Notes: a model not told the origin generated them from the sequence alone. Numbered from the stretch's first letter, positions 17,979-25,886 are shown. The stretch is DNA of 28,992 bases from Desulfobacterales bacterium C00003106 (GCA_001751015.1 MAXM01000004.1:1-28992); one strand, 5' to 3'. A program made the numbers and translations.

Positions 17979-19498
17979 GATACCATCTCCCCAATGGCTT
18001 TTTCGGCCGCCTCGCGGTCATCAAACGGCCTTGATTCCGTTCCTATTATCTGATATGTCTCATGACCCTTCCCGGCTATGAGAACAGTGTCCCTGGGCCT
18101 TGCGGCCTTTATGCCGCACACAATAGCAGCGCCGCGGTCCGGTATTACGCAATATCCCGGTTTATCAAAGCCGCTCCCAAGATGCGGGAGCAGATATTCC
18201 TTTGACATGACAGGTTTTATGCCGGTTATTATTGATTCTATGATTGCATCGGGGGCTTCTCTCCTTGGATTGTCGGATGTAATCACGGCAAGGTCGGATA
18301 ATCTTCCAACAACCTCGCCCATCACAGGCCTTTTTTCGCGGTCACGGTCGCCGCCGCACCCGAAAACGGTAATCAGCCTGCCGACGGTCAACTCTCTCAA
18401 TGCGGCCAACACTTTTTCAAGCGCATCAGGCGTGTGGGCGTAATCGACCAGTATCGAGATATCAAGATCGTTTGGCACGGGTTCCAGACGACCCGGAATA
18501 CTGCGCAACTCTCTGATCCCTCTCTTGATGGCCTCGGGTGGAATGTTCAAGGCCGCTCCCACCCCTGCCGCGGCAAGCAGATTATGGACGTTGTAACGAC
18601 CAACCAGGGATGATCGAAACGACAGCATACCTTCCGGTATATGTATAACCCCGGATGTATATTCAGGCGTGGTCTTCACATCTTCGATCCATATCTTGTC
18701 TGTACGGGAATAACCCGAGTAAAAAATGGGCAAAGTCAATCCGTGCGCAATCAGCTCTCCTTTCGGGTCATCATGGTTGATCACGGCCACGGCGTTTTTT
18801 CTCTTGGCCCCTTTGTTCAAGAGGTCGGAAAAGAGCCGTTTTTTGCACGCAAAATATGCATCCATCGACTTGTGATAATCGAGATGTTCCTGCGATAAAT
18901 TCGTAAACACGCAACAATCAAACTGACAATGATCCACCCTGTTCAGGTCAAGTCCGTGAGAAGAGACCTCCATCACCACATGCGTTACGCCGCTTTCGAC
19001 CATCCTCCTCAGAAGTCTCTGGATGTCAAGCGCCTCCGGTGTTGTCATCGGGTTCGGGTGGGCGAATGCGCCGAATCTGTGATTGATGGTCCCGATGACA
19101 CCCACCTTGAAGCCTGCGGCGACAAGTATCGATTCAATCAGATATGATGTTGTTGTCTTGCCGTTCGTGCCGGTGACCCCGATCACGCACAGGTCCTTTG
19201 ATGGATTTCCGTAAAAAGCGGCTGCAATCTGCGACATCGCGATTCGTGTGTCCGGCACACGTATTACCGGAATGGAACACGAACCTGTCCATCCCTGTTC
19301 GATAACAACAGCGCTCGCCTTATGTTTGATCGCATCTTCAATATAGAGGTGCCCGTCCGTTTGAAGACCCCGTATAGCGACAAAAAGCCCGCCCGGTCGC
19401 ACGTTGCGCGAATCACAGTGAACCGAAAGGATTTCCTGATCGGTTACGCTCGATGTATCAACCCCTTTCATGTCCATGACGATATCCGATATTTTCAA
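17975..19498 (-). CDS. murE: UDP-MurNAc-dipeptide--meso-diaminopimelate ligase
   Basis: VTGTNGKTTT, MEVSSH, DYAHTPDAL, FGCGGDRD, the DNPR motif (meso-DAP specificity) and AGKGHE. TTG 19498 overlaps the ftsI stop. Confidence 0.97.
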   Translation of the reverse strand: MKISDIVMDMKGVDTSSVTDQEILSVHCDSRNVRPGGLFVAIRGLQTDGHLYIEDAIKHKASAVVIEQGWTGSCSIPVIRVPDTRIAMSQIAAAFYGNPSKDLCVIGVTGTNGKTTTSYLIESILVAAGFKVGVIGTINHRFGAFAHPNPMTTPEALDIQRLLRRMVESGVTHVVMEVSSHGLDLNRVDHCQFDCCVFTNLSQEHLDYHKSMDAYFACKKRLFSDLLNKGAKRKNAVAVINHDDPKGELIAHGLTLPIFYSGYSRTDKIWIEDVKTTPEYTSGVIHIPEGMLSFRSSLVGRYNVHNLLAAAGVGAALNIPPEAIKRGIRELRSIPGRLEPVPNDLDISILVDYAHTPDALEKVLAALRELTVGRLITVFGCGGDRDREKRPVMGEVVGRLSDLAVITSDNPRREAPDAIIESIITGIKPVMSKEYLLPHLGSGFDKPGYCVIPDRGAAIVCGIKAARPRDTVLIAGKGHETYQIIGTESRPFDDREAAEKAIGEMVS

Positions 19499-21234
19499 CC
19501 CATCGTCCCCGTCTGATTTGACGCCCTCAATTCCCGTTCCGGAAGAATCTTCATATATCGCAAAGTCTTGCCGCAAATCTCCTGAAACACGGGGGCGGCA
19601 ACGACTCCGCCATAGATCTCTTTCTCTGGTTCGTCTATCTGGACTACCACCACGATTTCCGGGTCGTCTGCCGGCGCAAAACCGACAAAGGAAGCGATAT
19701 ATCTATCTTTCAAATACCCTCCCCCGTTGAGGTCCGCCTTTTGTGCCGTGCCGGTTTTCCCGGCGACACTGTATGCCGGCAGGGCTGCCCTGACCCCGGT
19801 TCCTCCTTCTGCAATAACCGTTTTCAGGATGCGCGTTACAGCCCTCGCAGTACATGCAGACACTGCCTGACGGACACAAGTCGGCTTGAAGTGTTTGACC
19901 ACCTTGCCTGTGACGTCTGTTATTTTGGAGACAAGCAACGGTTTCATCAGGATACCGTTATTGGCGATTGCCGAAAGGGCCATCGCCATTTGAAGGACCG
20001 AAACGGAAACCCCCTGGCCGAATGATATGGCGGCGGCATCCATATCAGACCACTTTTCGTGCGGACTCAATCGGCCGGCGGTCTCTCCCGGCGCCTTTAC
20101 TCCTGTCTTTTTTCCGAAACCGAACGCATTGAGGGTCTTGTCAAGCAATTCCGCGCCGACCCTTTCTCCCACTTTCGCCGCTCCGATATTACTCGACATC
20201 TTTACTATCTGTTGCAGCGAAAGCCACCCGAATTGGTGCATGTCGTGTATGGCGCGTCTGCCGATTTTGTATCTGCCGTTTTCACAGTAAAAAATAGAGT
20301 TGGGTGTACACGCGCCTGTTTCCAGAGCCGCCACCGCGAGGAAAACCTTGAAGGTCGAGCCGGGCTCAAAGGCATCTGAAAAGGCTCGATTACGCCATGT
20401 GGAACATTCTGATTCCCAAAAAACATTCGGGTTGTAGGTGGGAATATTCGCTACCGCCAGGATTTCGCCGGTCGAGGGCACTACCACGACAGCCATGCCG
20501 GATTTTGCTTCTGCCTCCCTTACACCTTCCGAGAGAGCATTTTCCGTAATATACTGGATGTTTTTGTCTATCGTTAGAACAACATTCTGTCCGTCCTGGC
20601 CGGTCCGGTTGTTTTTCGGCGACCTGAAACTCCGACCAAAGGCGTCCTTGAGCACCGTATGAGTTGTAGATATTCCCTTCACTGTCGAATCAAGCGTATA
20701 TTCCAGGCCTTCCAGACCACAGCCGTCTGTCCCCGTAAATCCTATCAGTTGCGCTGCAAGCGATTTATTCGGATAAAAGCGACGCGTCCCTTCTATGAAA
20801 GAGATACCCGCAAGCCCTTTTTCCTTGACCTTTGAGACTTCATCCGGTCGTGCATTGCGTTTGATCCATACAAACGATTTTGAGGAACTGAGTTTTTGAT
20901 AGATCTCCTTTGTGTCTGTTTTCAAAATAGTGGCAAGCAGTTCTGATGTGTGCTTCCCGGACTCGCATTTTTTCGGGTTTGCGCAGATGGAATCCACCTC
21001 GACACTTGCTGCCAGTTCTTCGTAATTTCGATCATAGATAATCCCGCGTTTTGCAAACCGCTTATCTCTTTTTTCGTATTGATCCGATGCCTTTTGGGCA
21101 AGCAGAACCCCCTTAAGCAAGTGCAACTGCACGGCGCGGCCCACAAAGAGGAGCATAACCGAGCAAAAGCTTACTCCTACCAACACAATACGCAAGCGAA
21201 TCCATCTGCCTGGATCTTTTTTCGTTGATTTCAT
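19495..21234 (-). CDS. ftsI: Class B penicillin-binding protein (PBP3/FtsI), no PASTA domain evident
   Basis: RGIIYDRN, EPGSTFK (SxxK), SSN (SxN) and GKTGTAQ (KTG). ATG 21234 overlaps the ftsL stop. Confidence 0.97.
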   Translation of the reverse strand: MKSTKKDPGRWIRLRIVLVGVSFCSVMLLFVGRAVQLHLLKGVLLAQKASDQYEKRDKRFAKRGIIYDRNYEELAASVEVDSICANPKKCESGKHTSELLATILKTDTKEIYQKLSSSKSFVWIKRNARPDEVSKVKEKGLAGISFIEGTRRFYPNKSLAAQLIGFTGTDGCGLEGLEYTLDSTVKGISTTHTVLKDAFGRSFRSPKNNRTGQDGQNVVLTIDKNIQYITENALSEGVREAEAKSGMAVVVVPSTGEILAVANIPTYNPNVFWESECSTWRNRAFSDAFEPGSTFKVFLAVAALETGACTPNSIFYCENGRYKIGRRAIHDMHQFGWLSLQQIVKMSSNIGAAKVGERVGAELLDKTLNAFGFGKKTGVKAPGETAGRLSPHEKWSDMDAAAISFGQGVSVSVLQMAMALSAIANNGILMKPLLVSKITDVTGKVVKHFKPTCVRQAVSACTARAVTRILKTVIAEGGTGVRAALPAYSVAGKTGTAQKADLNGGGYLKDRYIASFVGFAPADDPEIVVVVQIDEPEKEIYGGVVAAPVFQEICGKTLRYMKILPERELRASNQTGTMG

Positions 21235-21518
21235 TTCACCACGATCACCTGACCGGACTCGGGAAGAACAAGCCCCAACTGCTCTGATGCTATTTCCATA
21301 ATTCTCTCGGGAGTCGTAAGCTGAGCCAATTCGACGCGCAGTTTTTTCTGAAAATACTGCAATTCTTTTTCCTGTTTCAGTTGTGAATTGATCTTGTATC
21401 CCATGTGAATCGACTGCACATGAAACCACGAGAAGAAAAACAACTCCGTCATTATTACGACAACCAGGATGACCAACGTAGAAATCTTTATCTGTCTTTC
21501 GGCTACTTTCTCAGTCAT
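21231..21518 (-). CDS. ftsL: Cell division protein FtsL (95 aa)
   Basis: Short cytoplasmic part, TM, coiled coil, then PERIMEIASEQLGL. Sits between rsmH and ftsI, with SD AGGGAGG before ATG 21518. Confidence 0.85.
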   Translation of the reverse strand: MTEKVAERQIKISTLVILVVVIMTELFFFSWFHVQSIHMGYKINSQLKQEKELQYFQKKLRVELAQLTTPERIMEIASEQLGLVLPESGQVIVVK

Positions 21519-21555
21519 GGCTACCTCCCTTAAGAACATTCTGAAACAGTTTCGC

Positions 21556-22488
21556 CTACAATCGTTCCGCCGCGCGCAGCTTTGCACTTCTTGCCTTTGG
21601 GTTCCTTTTGATTTCTTCCTGATCGGGCCGTATTGGTTTGGATGTCAGTATCTTCATGGTCGGTTTTTTCCCGCACGTGCATTGCGGGAAATCGGGCGGA
21701 CACAAACACCCCTTTTGGAACTCCCTGAGTTTGTTCTTGACGAGCCGGTCTTCCAGGGAATGAAACGATATTACAACAAGCCTGCCTCTCCTGTTCAGGA
21801 GATCCGGAGCCGATTGCAGCAGGATTTCCAGGGTTTTTAACTCGTGATTTACGGCAATTCTCAGCGCCTGAAAGGTCTGGGTGGCGGGATCGATCTGCCG
21901 CCGTCCCCCTTTGAAGGCGGCGGATCGAACAATCGCCGCCAATTGGGCCGTGGAGGAGATTCTTTTTTTTTGACGGTAGGATGCGATTGCCTCGGCGATT
22001 TTCATAGACGATCTTTCTTCACCGTAGTCCCACAGCAACATCTTCAGATCCTTCACCGAAAGTCTGTTTACCAGATCAGCCGCCGTGGTGGTTTCGTCTT
22101 TGTTCATACGCATGTCCAAAGGCTCATCGCGCATAAAGCTGAACCCCCTGCCGCTTTCTTGCAATTGATATAGGGATAGCCCCAGGTCAACGAGTATACC
22201 ATCTACTGAGGCGGTGTGAATCCGGGAAAGAACTGTGGGAAGATGAGAGAAATTGTGGTGGGTCAGTGTTACTCTCGATCCAAATCCCGAAAGCCTTTCC
22301 CTGGCATTTTTGATTGCATCCTTGTCCATGTCCAGAGCGATAAGACGCCCGTCAGGTTCAGTATTCTTGAGTATTTCCAGCGCATGTCCGCAGCCACCCA
22401 ATGTTCCATCCACATAAGTCTTTCCCGGCCGGCAGTTCAGGTAGAAAAGAGCCTCTTTGAGCATTACTGGTACGTGGTGGTAAGACAT
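21556..22488 (-). CDS. rsmH: 16S rRNA m4C1402 methyltransferase
   Basis: HVPVM, DGTLGGCGH, DLGLS, PLDMRM, FQALRIAVN, SFHSLEDR and RSAKLR. Confidence 0.98.
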   Translation of the reverse strand: MSYHHVPVMLKEALFYLNCRPGKTYVDGTLGGCGHALEILKNTEPDGRLIALDMDKDAIKNARERLSGFGSRVTLTHHNFSHLPTVLSRIHTASVDGILVDLGLSLYQLQESGRGFSFMRDEPLDMRMNKDETTTAADLVNRLSVKDLKMLLWDYGEERSSMKIAEAIASYRQKKRISSTAQLAAIVRSAAFKGGRRQIDPATQTFQALRIAVNHELKTLEILLQSAPDLLNRRGRLVVISFHSLEDRLVKNKLREFQKGCLCPPDFPQCTCGKKPTMKILTSKPIRPDQEEIKRNPKARSAKLRAAERL

Positions 22489-22503
22489 GTTCTGATATCT
22501 TTT

Positions 22504-22953
22504 TCAAAGACCTAGTTCCGCTATCTCATCTCTTGTTTCTTCGTTTGTGCTATAATCATTCTCAAAAGACTCTTCCTCATCACGCCACTTCTCCTCCGCC
22601 CATATCTCAAAGTGGGTGAGCACGCCGGCGAGAACAATTTCCTTCTTGAATCCGGCATATTCTCTCAAGGCGGGGGGGATGAGGATACGACCCTGTTTAT
22701 CGTAGGCGCAATCAAATGACCCACCGATGAAAAACCGGCGGAACCGTCGAAAGTCCCTGCTCTTTTTTTCCATGTTCAGGATACGTTGTTCGACCTCCTG
22801 CCATTTTTCAAGAGAATAGGCCACCAACGCACCATCCATCCTCGATATTATGAGACTGCTGAACTTGCTGTCCCGCAGGACGTCGCGGAAACGAGTCGGG
22901 ATGATAATCCTGCCTTTGGGATCTATGGTGTGAAATGAGTTCCCCCTGAACAT
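22504..22953 (-). CDS. mraZ: Transcriptional regulator MraZ
   Basis: MFRG..HTIDPKGRIIIP and a second DKQGRILIP repeat; first gene of the dcw cluster. Confidence 0.97.
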   Translation of the reverse strand: MFRGNSFHTIDPKGRIIIPTRFRDVLRDSKFSSLIISRMDGALVAYSLEKWQEVEQRILNMEKKSRDFRRFRRFFIGGSFDCAYDKQGRILIPPALREYAGFKKEIVLAGVLTHFEIWAEEKWRDEEESFENDYSTNEETRDEIAELGL

Positions 22954-22959
22954 TGTCCT

Positions 22960-22993
22960 CCCCGCTACTCCACTTTAATCCATTTTGCACCAC
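22960..22993 (-). promoter_or_regulatory. MraZ-binding direct repeats (10-bp period)
   Basis: Minus strand: GTGGtgcaaa ATGGattaaa GTGGagtagc GGGG immediately upstream of the mraZ ATG. Matches the known GTGG-N6 repeat operator. Confidence 0.8.
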
Positions 22994-23142
22994 TCCTTTC
23001 TACTGTAAACAGTATGCCGGAAAAAAAGTCAAGAAAAATAGCAAGAAAAATATGAATAAATAGTAAAGGTTATTTATATACAAGATATGGTGGAGTGAAG
23101 TGGTCAGGATGCCCACAGGTAGGGATATTTTCTTTAACCCTG

Positions 23143-23191
23143 AACATCGAACGTCCAACGTCCAACGTCCAACATCGAATGGTGAATGAAA
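23143..23191. repeat. Heptamer tandem array (7 units)
   Basis: AACATCG AACGTCC AACGTCC AACGTCC AACATCG AATGGTG AATGAAA. Confidence 0.9.
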
Positions 23192-23219
23192 AAAATAAAG
23201 GTATCTGTGACTTTTTTGT

Positions 23220-23259
23220 ATCTAAACCTATCTGCGTTCATCTGTGTAAATCTGTGGCT
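23220..23259. repeat. Decamer tandem array (4 units)
   Basis: ATCTAAACCT ATCTGCGTTC ATCTGTGTAA ATCTGTGGCT, with another ATCTGTG at 23203-23209. Confidence 0.8.
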
Positions 23260-23373
23260 GAATACAAAACGAATTGCATCATATAATAGGCATCCCGAAA
23301 TTTGGCCTTCATGCTTTTGTACTGTCAACTCGCAAACTCGTTTCATCTCCCAAATTTCTACCTGTATTTTCGT

Positions 23374-23406
23374 TTGACACCGCTGTCTCGCTGTGTTAAT
23401 TAAAAT
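23374..23406 (+). promoter_or_regulatory. Probable sigma70 promoter of the rpsF operon
   Basis: Perfect TTGACA at 23374-79. At 17-nt spacing there is TGtTAATTA (an imperfect -10); TAAAAT at 23401-06 is too far. The -10 is ambiguous. Confidence 0.5.
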
Positions 23407-23415
23407 GGTTTTTGC

Positions 23416-23492
23416 AATCCTTGCTCTGACTATTATGATCAGGGCTGTGGGGATGGGACGAAATAACTCGTCGTATCCTAAAGCCAGGAGGA
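23416..23492 (+). ncRNA. rpsF leader (probable S6:S18 autoregulatory cis-element)
   Basis: Anti-SD UCCUU (23418-22), hairpin GCUCUGA/UCAGGGC (23423-29/23439-45), and SD AGGAGG (23486-91). This is the layout of the known S6:S18-binding leader; the usual CCR reads CUG here. Confidence 0.6.
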
Positions 23493-23498
23493 GACTTT

Positions 23499-23939
23499 AT
23501 GAAAAGATACGAGACTATTATTATCACCCTTCCCGACCTTGCACCGGAAGATCGGGATGACGTCTTCGAAAAGCTCAAGGCCCTCATTCTCAAAGAGGGA
23601 ACAACCATTATCAAGTTTGATGAATGGGGCCTGAAGAACCTCGCATACGAAATCAGGAAACAGGCTCGAGGCCATTACGCCTGTGTGGACTATGCCGGCG
23701 GCAGGGGTCTGGTGAAAGAACTCGAACGAATCATGAGTATCGATGACAGGATAATGAAATATATGACCGTCCTGATCGATAACGAATTTGACCCTGCGTC
23801 CATGGAGGAAGATACGAAATCGGATTCTGCGGAGGAAGAGGTGAAATCGGATTCCGCACCGGACGTCCCGGACGATTCTGAGGTGAGCGAGAAAGAAGAA
23901 TCCGCGTCAATAGATGCAAACAGCGAGGAAGGGGCATAG
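23499..23939 (+). CDS. rpsF: 30S ribosomal protein S6 with acidic C-terminal tail
   Basis: [21 protein letters not shown] and [16 protein letters not shown]. Confidence 0.98.
   Translation: MKRYETIIITLPDLAPEDRDDVFEKLKALILKEGTTIIKFDEWGLKNLAYEIRKQARGHYACVDYAGGRGLVKELERIMSIDDRIMKYMTVLIDNEFDPASMEEDTKSDSAEEEVKSDSAPDVPDDSEVSEKEESASIDANSEEGA
23805..23858 (+). repeat. 27-bp tandem duplication in the S6 tail (EEDTKSDSA / EEEVKSDSA)
   Basis: GAGGAAGATACGAAATCGGATTCTGCG followed by GAGGAAGAGGTGAAATCGGATTCCGCA. Confidence 0.85.
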
Positions 23940-23944
23940 GGATT

Positions 23945-24220
23945 ATGGAAGGCAGCCGCAAACGATCGAATAATAAGAAATCATATCGCAGGAAGAGACC
24001 GTATCATAGAAGGAAGGTTTGCAAGTTCTGTGCTGACTCGTCTCTTGCCATTGATTACAAGGATCCGAACACGTTGAGATATTTTACTACAGAACGAGGA
24101 AAGATCATCCCCAGGAGAATCACGGGCAATTGTGCAAAACACCAGAGAGCGCTGACAAGAGCGATCAAGCGGTCCAGAACAATTGCGCTGATGCCTTATA
24201 CAGCCAGCTTTACGCATTGA
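23945..24220 (+). CDS. rpsR: 30S ribosomal protein S18 (zinc-binding C+ form)
   Basis: [28 protein letters not shown]. Confidence 0.98.
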   Translation: MEGSRKRSNNKKSYRRKRPYHRRKVCKFCADSSLAIDYKDPNTLRYFTTERGKIIPRRITGNCAKHQRALTRAIKRSRTIALMPYTASFTH

Positions 24221-24223
24221 TAA

Positions 24224-24320
24224 GGAACGGGGACGGAATAACTTTCCCAAGTAGGCGCATAGATTTGGGTCAAATTTGTTCGATCTCAAATCACAGTGGA
24301 AATTATTTCGTCCCCGTTCC
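24224..24320. mobile_element. MITE-like element, family B (97 bp, ~21-bp TIRs, TAA direct repeat on both flanks)
   Basis: TAA-GGAACGGGGACGGAATAACTT...AAATTATTTCGTCCCCGTTCC-TAA. TIRs match 19/21. TAA at 24221-23 and 24321-23. Confidence 0.85.
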
Positions 24321-24350
24321 TAAGGACTTACCCAAAAGCAGAGATCGGCG

Positions 24351-25316
24351 GTGTCGGAAATCGAACAGAACCAGCTTCACCGGGATATTCTCACAGGGAC
24401 TGCTTTCGCCCTTTCTCTGTCTGTGGCGGCCCTGTATCTTCCTGTCATAGGCCTTCTGATCGGGTTTCTTGTGCCGCTTCCGTTTATCTTCTATAGAATA
24501 AAGATAGGCCGTTTATTTTCCGGCGTAATTCTCTTTGCGGTCCTGGTTATTCTGTTGATAATCTTTAGGGATCAGGGTCTGCATTCAGGGGTGTTTTTTC
24601 TCTACTTTGGGCTGACAGGTTTCATTTTGGCTGAGGCGTTTGCGCAGAATCTCTCAATTGAAAAGACGGTCCTTGGCACAGTTGCTGTTCTTGTTGGCGT
24701 GTGTGTGGCGGCTCTTCTGGTTTACGCTTTTTTTTCGCCCCAAAGCGTGTGGGGGCTGATGCAAGAATATTTCCGCAAGAACATCGAACTCACCCTGGGC
24801 TTCTACAAGGAGATAGGAGTACCCCCGGAACAGATAGAGATACTGCAGGCATCTCAGGACGCCATTTTATATGTGTTTATGTGCGTCATCCCTGGTATTT
24901 TTGTTGCTTTCACAATAGTTACAGTCTGGATAAATCTCCTTATGGTCCGGCCTATCCTTGCAAGACGGAATCTCTTTTGCCCTGATTTTGGCGCTCTTAA
25001 CAGGTGGAAGTCACCGGAACGTCTTGTCTGGTTCGCCATAGGCGCAGGTCTTCTTCTGCTCGTGCCTTTGAACGGTTTAAAGATGTTTGGCATAAACATA
25101 GTGATTGTCCTGACAGTTATCTATCTGTTTCAGGGATTGGCCATTATTTCATACTATTTTCAGAAAAAACGATTTCCTCCTGTCCTGAGGAAAACTATCT
25201 ATCTCCTGCTGGCTGTTCAGCAATTATTGCTGCTCGTAGTTGTTATTGCCGGCCTTCTTGATATGTGGGTCGACTTCAGGCGTTTGAAAACAGAGGAAAC
25301 CGGTTTACAGTCATAG
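24351..25316 (+). CDS. YybS / DUF2232 family integral membrane protein
   Basis: Highly hydrophobic 321-aa protein with C-terminal YLFQGLAII and AGLLDMWVDFRR, in the conserved rpsR-[DUF2232]-rplI position. Confidence 0.85.
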   Translation: MSEIEQNQLHRDILTGTAFALSLSVAALYLPVIGLLIGFLVPLPFIFYRIKIGRLFSGVILFAVLVILLIIFRDQGLHSGVFFLYFGLTGFILAEAFAQNLSIEKTVLGTVAVLVGVCVAALLVYAFFSPQSVWGLMQEYFRKNIELTLGFYKEIGVPPEQIEILQASQDAILYVFMCVIPGIFVAFTIVTVWINLLMVRPILARRNLFCPDFGALNRWKSPERLVWFAIGAGLLLLVPLNGLKMFGINIVIVLTVIYLFQGLAIISYYFQKKRFPPVLRKTIYLLLAVQQLLLLVVVIAGLLDMWVDFRRLKTEETGLQS

Positions 25317-25425
25317 ATTCTGATACAACGCGGTAATCTTTTAAAGAAATCAACGGAAAAACATCCAGGTTTGTTTCAGGCTAAAAAACGATAAAACGCC
25401 ATGGAAACGGGAATTCGGAGGTCCC

Positions 25426-25875
25426 ATGAAAAAACTAGTATTGAAAGAGTCTGTTCCATTTCTGGGAGATGTGGGAGACGTGGTTCAGGTCAAAGACGGA
25501 TACGCCCGCAACTATCTCCTCCCCCGGAACAAGGCCATTCATGCCTTGCCTCACAATATTGATTTAATGCAACGTAAGAAACAGGAATTTGAGATTCGCA
25601 TTGCCAAAGATGTAAGCAAGGCTGAGGTGGCGGCGGAAAAGCTTGCGGGGGTGGTCTGCACTATCAGCGCCAAGGTGAGTGAGGAAAATAAACTCTACGG
25701 ATCTGTTTCGGCCAGGGATATTGTAGACGGGCTTGCGGCAATGAATATAGAAATAGAAAAGAAGATGGTTATCCTTGAAGAGCCGATAAAGACGCTTGGC
25801 ACTTGTACCGTTCCCATACGGATTTACCGGGACGTAACAGCAGAGATCACAGTTGAGGTTCTTGCGCAGGAATAG
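25426..25875 (+). CDS. rplI: 50S ribosomal protein L9
   Basis: LGDVGDVVQVKDGYARNYLLP, KLYGSVS and IKTLG. Confidence 0.98.
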   Translation: MKKLVLKESVPFLGDVGDVVQVKDGYARNYLLPRNKAIHALPHNIDLMQRKKQEFEIRIAKDVSKAEVAAEKLAGVVCTISAKVSEENKLYGSVSARDIVDGLAAMNIEIEKKMVILEEPIKTLGTCTVPIRIYRDVTAEITVEVLAQE

Positions 25876-25886
25876 AAGGTTCGACT

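Noticed and set aside
21235-21429. N-terminal extensions of ftsI (also those of murE, ftsZ, ftsL and the ThiI-like gene)
   Set aside because: They overlap neighbouring genes or spacers; downstream starts have SDs or stop-start overlaps.
23001-23014. LexA box at the dcw promoter
   Set aside because: CTGT-N2-ACAG does not match CTGT-N8-ACAG or GAAC-N4-GTTC; retained only as an unassigned palindrome.
23143-23259. Possible CRISPR array
   Set aside because: Units are 7-10 bp with no unique spacers, and there are no cas genes.
23095-23377. Short 63-70 aa ORFs in the mraZ-rpsF spacer
   Set aside because: They are translations of the heptamer and decamer arrays (NIERPTSNVQHR, SAFICVNLW), with no SD or family motif.
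22954-23498. Possible rnpB, tRNA or other stable RNA gene upstream of mraZ
   Set aside because: No RNase P signature (GAGGAAAGUCC) and no cloverleaf or T-loop motif found.
24224-24320. Family B as an integron attC site
   Set aside because: Lacks RYYYAAC/GTTRRRY ends and there is no integrase; the TAA duplication fits transposition better.
24673-24686. Sigma54 -24/-12 motif (TGGCACAGTTGC)
   Set aside because: Wrong GG-GC spacing and located inside a coding region.
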